A stretch of DNA of 64,000 nucleotides from positions 192,001 through 256,000 of the forward strand of contig QCDI01000001.1 in the NCBI GenBank assembly GCA_003280965.1, in the 5' to 3' direction. The DNA comes from Prochlorococcus sp. AG-355-B18. GTDB lineage: Bacteria > Cyanobacteriota > Cyanobacteriia > PCC-6307 > Cyanobiaceae. Shown in pieces: positions 59,905 through 64,000 of the stretch. A program made the position numbers and the translations under genes. How positions within the stretch are numbered: the first letter of the stretch is position 1; every line of letters starts with the position of its first letter. The notes beneath the pieces are model-generated. The model had not been told where the DNA came from and searched no databases. It worked only from the letters and a program-made list of their open reading frames with translations.

Positions 59905-62900
59905 ATGCCTCAAAGAGGTGATCTTAAAAAAATACTTATTCTAGGGTCTGGACCGATTGTTATAGGACAAGCTTGCGAATTTGATTACTCTGGCACTCAA
60001 GCATGTAAAGCTTTAAGAAAAGCTGGTTATGAAATTATATTGATAAATTCAAATCCAGCATCGATAATGACAGATCCCGAGATTGCAAGCAAAACATATA
60101 TTGAACCATTGACTCCTGAAATTGTTTCTCAGATTATTTTAAGAGAAAAACCTGATGCAATTCTTCCTACGATGGGAGGTCAAACTGCTTTGAATCTTGC
60201 GGTTAAATTATCAGAGTCAGATTTTTTAAAAAAAAATAATGTTGAATTAATTGGTGCTGATTTAAGGGCTATTAATAAAGCTGAAGATAGAAAATTGTTT
60301 AAAGAATCGATGGAAAAAATAAATGTAAATGTATGCCCATCTGGGATAGCATCCAACCTAACTGAAGCTAAAAAAGTATCAAGAAAAATTAATTCATACC
60401 CTCTTATAATTCGACCTGCATTTACTTTGGGTGGAGTAGGAGGTGGAATTGCTTATAATCTTGAAGAATTTGTCGAATTGTGTACAACAGGTCTAGAAGA
60501 AAGTCCAAGTAATCAAATTTTGATTGAAAAATCACTAATTGGATGGAAGGAGTTTGAATTAGAGGTTATGAGAGATACTGCGGATAATGTAGTAATAGTT
60601 TGCAGTATTGAAAATTTAGATCCAATGGGTGTTCATACTGGAGATTCGATTACCGTAGCTCCCGCACAGACATTAACAGATAAGGAATATCAGAGATTGA
60701 GGGACTTGTCGTTAAAAATTATTAGAGAAGTAGGAGTTGAAACTGGAGGAAGTAATATTCAATTTGCAATAAATCCAACTAATGGAGAAGTTATTGTAAT
60801 AGAAATGAATCCTCGTGTTAGTAGATCCTCTGCTTTGGCAAGTAAAGCAACTGGATTTCCAATAGCAAAGATTGCGGCATTATTATCTGTTGGCTATACA
60901 CTCGATGAGATTATTAATGACATCACAAAAAAAACACCCGCATGTTTTGAGCCTTCAATTGATTACGTTGTAACCAAAATTCCCAGATTCGCTTTTGAAA
61001 AGTTTAAAGGTTCCTCAAATACCTTAAGTACTGCAATGAAATCCGTTGGTGAGTCTATGGCAATTGGCCGATCTTTTGAAGAATCATTCCAGAAAGCATT
61101 AAGGTCCTTAGAAGTTGGTATTTTTGGATGGGAATGTGATTCATTAGATGAAATTAAAAGCGAAAATGATCTAAGGAATAGTTTAAGAAACCCAACATCT
61201 GAAAGAATTCTCATAATTAAAAAAGCTATGCAGCTTGGAAAAACTAATTCTTATATTCAAGAAGTTACAAATATAGATTTATGGTTTATCGAGAAATTAC
61301 GTAATATTTTTAATTTTGAAATTAATTTTTTGCAAGAAAAAAAACTTTTCGAATTAGATAGGGATTTAATGCTGATAGCTAAGCAACAAGGGTTTTCAGA
61401 TCAACAGATAGCAAAGTTAACTAATTCTGATTTTTTTGATGTAAGAAACTATAGAAAAGAACTAAATATAATACCAATTTATAAAACTGTTGATACTTGT
61501 TCAGCAGAGTTCTCATCCTCAACTCCCTATCATTATTCAACTTACGAAGAATCTTTTATTAATTTCAATTCTCAAACTTCTGATAACGAGATTTCAAAAG
61601 ATAATAAATCAAAAAAAATTATGATTTTAGGTGGAGGTCCAAACAGAATCGGCCAGGGAATAGAATTCGATTATTGTTGTTGCCATGCGTCATACCAATC
61701 TTCGACAAATGGTTATAAAACTATAATGGTTAACAGTAACCCAGAGACCGTATCAACAGACTACGATACTAGCGATATTTTATATTTTGAGCCAGTAACT
61801 TTAGAGGATGTACTCAACATAATAGAGGCTGAAAATCCTTATGGTTTAATCGTTCAATTCGGTGGTCAAACTCCGCTTAAATTATCCTTGCCGTTATTTA
61901 AATGGCTTCAATCTAATGATGGGATTAAAACTGGATCAAAAATTCTAGGAACATCTCCTATCTCTATCGATTTAGCAGAAGATAGAGAGGAATTTACAAA
62001 AATTCTTGAGGAATTAAGTATTAGGCAACCTTTAAACGGTATAGCTCGTAATCAAAGTGAAGCACAAACTGTAGCAAAAAATATTGGATTCCCTTTGGTT
62101 GTTAGACCCTCTTACGTTTTAGGAGGTAGGGCAATGGAAATTGTTAAAGATGAGAATGAATTATTTAGATACGTCTCTGAAGCAGTTAAGGTATCGCCTG
62201 ATCATCCAATTCTCCTTGATCAATATTTGAATAATGCTATTGAGATAGATGTTGATGCTTTATGTGATTCAGAAGGTTCTGTTGTAATTGCCGGTTTGAT
62301 GGAACATGTTGAACCTGCAGGAATTCATTCAGGAGATTCAGCTTGTTGTTTACCATCCATTTCTCTTTCAAAATCCACTCTGGAGACTGTAAAAAATTGG
62401 ACAAAATTAATTGCAAGAAGACTAAATGTTGTAGGGTTAATTAATTTGCAATTTGCAGTGACAAATTTAAATAATAAAGAAAATAAATTATTTATTCTTG
62501 AGGCAAATCCAAGGGCTTCTAGAACAGTCCCGTTTGTTTCAAAGGCAATAGGTAAACCAGTTGCAAAATTAGCGACCCAGTTAATGCAAGGTTTTACTTT
62601 AGAAGATGTGAATTTTACCCAAGAATTTTCTCCAAAATATCAGGCAGTAAAAGAAGCTGTTTTGCCTTTCAAAAGATTTCCAGGATCTGATACACTCCTT
62701 GGTCCTGAAATGAGATCTACTGGAGAAGTAATGGGTTTAGCAAAAGATTTTGGAATTGCTTATGCTAAGTCAGAATTGGCAGCAGGAAATGGAGTTCCTT
62801 CTGAGGGAGTAGCTTTTTTGTCTACTAATGATTTAGATAAAAAAAATCTTGAAGAAATTGCCAGGGAATTGTTGATTTTAGGATTTAAGTTAATTGCAAC

Positions 62901-63201
62901 AAAAGGTACAGCTTCTTATTTGGTTGATTTAGGCATTCAAGTTGAAGAAGTACTAAAAGTACATGAAGGTAGACCAAATATAGAGGACTTAATTCGTTCA
63001 GGACTTGTTCAATTAATTATTAATACACCAATAGGCTCCCAAGCTCTCCATGATGATGCATATTTGAGGAGGGCTGCCTTAGAATATAATATTCCAACTT
63101 TTACAACTATTCCTGGGGCCAAAGCCGCCATTAAAGCAATTAAGGCTTTGCAAAGTAATAATATTGATACTTACTCTCTACAAGAAATCCATAATTATTA
63201 A
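59905..63201 (+). CDS. carB: carbamoyl-phosphate synthase large subunit
   Basis: [17 protein letters not shown], two ATP-grasp domains, MGS domain. Confidence 0.98.
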   Translation: MPQRGDLKKILILGSGPIVIGQACEFDYSGTQACKALRKAGYEIILINSNPASIMTDPEIASKTYIEPLTPEIVSQIILREKPDAILPTMGGQTALNLAVKLSESDFLKKNNVELIGADLRAINKAEDRKLFKESMEKINVNVCPSGIASNLTEAKKVSRKINSYPLIIRPAFTLGGVGGGIAYNLEEFVELCTTGLEESPSNQILIEKSLIGWKEFELEVMRDTADNVVIVCSIENLDPMGVHTGDSITVAPAQTLTDKEYQRLRDLSLKIIREVGVETGGSNIQFAINPTNGEVIVIEMNPRVSRSSALASKATGFPIAKIAALLSVGYTLDEIINDITKKTPACFEPSIDYVVTKIPRFAFEKFKGSSNTLSTAMKSVGESMAIGRSFEESFQKALRSLEVGIFGWECDSLDEIKSENDLRNSLRNPTSERILIIKKAMQLGKTNSYIQEVTNIDLWFIEKLRNIFNFEINFLQEKKLFELDRDLMLIAKQQGFSDQQIAKLTNSDFFDVRNYRKELNIIPIYKTVDTCSAEFSSSTPYHYSTYEESFINFNSQTSDNEISKDNKSKKIMILGGGPNRIGQGIEFDYCCCHASYQSSTNGYKTIMVNSNPETVSTDYDTSDILYFEPVTLEDVLNIIEAENPYGLIVQFGGQTPLKLSLPLFKWLQSNDGIKTGSKILGTSPISIDLAEDREEFTKILEELSIRQPLNGIARNQSEAQTVAKNIGFPLVVRPSYVLGGRAMEIVKDENELFRYVSEAVKVSPDHPILLDQYLNNAIEIDVDALCDSEGSVVIAGLMEHVEPAGIHSGDSACCLPSISLSKSTLETVKNWTKLIARRLNVVGLINLQFAVTNLNNKENKLFILEANPRASRTVPFVSKAIGKPVAKLATQLMQGFTLEDVNFTQEFSPKYQAVKEAVLPFKRFPGSDTLLGPEMRSTGEVMGLAKDFGIAYAKSELAAGNGVPSEGVAFLSTNDLDKKNLEEIARELLILGFKLIATKGTASYLVDLGIQVEEVLKVHEGRPNIEDLIRSGLVQLIINTPIGSQALHDDAYLRRAALEYNIPTFTTIPGAKAAIKAIKALQSNNIDTYSLQEIHNY

Positions 63202-63205
63202 AACT

Positions 63206-63424
63206 TTACTCAAGGTTTTTTAGTTTTTCTCTTAATTGATTTGCTAAAGAGTTTCGACTAATTGAGAGTAATTTCAATGTATCCTCATGCATTTTTAGTT
63301 GTGTTTCCGCTATTTGCAATCCTTTTATAGATTCTTTTATGTCCTTAGAAAGATCATTTATCAGATACTCCTTCCCTTCAAATGTTAAAACTGGGTTGCC
63401 AGAATCATTTGTGTTTTCACTCAT
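63206..63424 (-). CDS. small conserved hypothetical protein (DUF6447-like)
   Basis: VLTFEGKEYLINDLS followed by a coiled coil. Confidence 0.7.
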   Translation of the reverse strand: MSENTNDSGNPVLTFEGKEYLINDLSKDIKESIKGLQIAETQLKMHEDTLKLLSISRNSLANQLREKLKNLE

Positions 63425-63452
63425 GGATTTTACTTTTTAATAAACATGTAAA

Positions 63453-64000
63453 TTATACTTTGTTAATTAATTGTTTTTCACATAATTCTCTATATATTCC
63501 TTTTTTATTAAGTAAATCAATATGTTTCCCAACCTCAACAATTTCACCCTTATTAAAGACAACTATTTTATCTGCCTTTTGAGTCGTGGCTAATCTATGG
63601 GCAATTATAATTACAGTTCTATTTTTCATAGCTCTATTAAGACCTTCTTGAACTTCTGATTCTGATTCTGCATCTAATGCACTTGTGGCTTCATCTAAGA
63701 GAAGAATGGATGGGTTTCCTAGTATTGCTCTTGCAATTGCTATCCTCTGGATCTGACCACCAGAAAAATTTGATCCTCTTTCAGTTATCTCAGTTTCATA
63801 TTTTTCAGGCAGCTGTTGAATGAAGTGGTGAGCGTTTGCTTTTCTTGCTGATTCTATAACTTCTTCCTTGGTAAAACTTCTGCCCATTCTTATTGCATCA
63901 ATAATTTTTCCAGAAAATAAAAAAGGCTGTTGTTGCACTAATGCAATATTTTTTCTTATATCTTTAGTATTTAATAACTTCAGATTTTTATCATCAATTA
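63453..64000 (-). CDS. MsbA-like ABC transporter, C-terminal ATPase part (truncated by window)
   Basis: FSGGQIQRIAIARA, LDEATSALD, IAHRL. Confidence 0.9.
   Translation of the reverse strand, partial: IDDKNLKLLNTKDIRKNIALVQQQPFLFSGKIIDAIRMGRSFTKEEVIESARKANAHHFIQQLPEKYETEITERGSNFSGGQIQRIAIARAILGNPSILLLDEATSALDAESESEVQEGLNRAMKNRTVIIIAHRLATTQKADKIVVFNKGEIVEVGKHIDLLNKKGIYRELCEKQLINKV

Overview
AT-rich cyanobacterial chromosome segment. Gene content and sRNA motifs point to a high-light Prochlorococcus (inferred, not database-confirmed). Left part: an MFS fragment, a PfkB kinase, a CP-ATP-grasp/alpha-E/transglutaminase operon with a candidate NtcA box, and a metal (probably zinc) uptake cluster (WD40, COG0523 GTPase, His-rich SBP, ABC ATPase and permease, Fur-family regulator, Zur-type box). 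The middle (about 15-53 kb) is island-like: many small hypothetical genes, tandem Yfr10-like/Yfr2 sRNAs, several disrupted genes, and scattered core genes (dusB, purT, pepN, rpsU). Right part: tRNA-fMet, asparaginase II, rsfS, carB. The most notable feature is a ~3.4 kb integrated element (53847-57239) at the 3' end of tRNA-fMet. It carries a tyrosine integrase, an HTH/excisionase-like gene, a 5'-truncated HK97-type major capsid gene, a G.U-rich three-stem/pseudoknot structure, and two unrelated cargo genes, each bracketed by the same pair of repeats (A-gene-B-A-gene-B). That arrangement looks like a gene-cassette array inside a phage-satellite/tycheposon-like remnant. All product calls come from motif recognition by eye.
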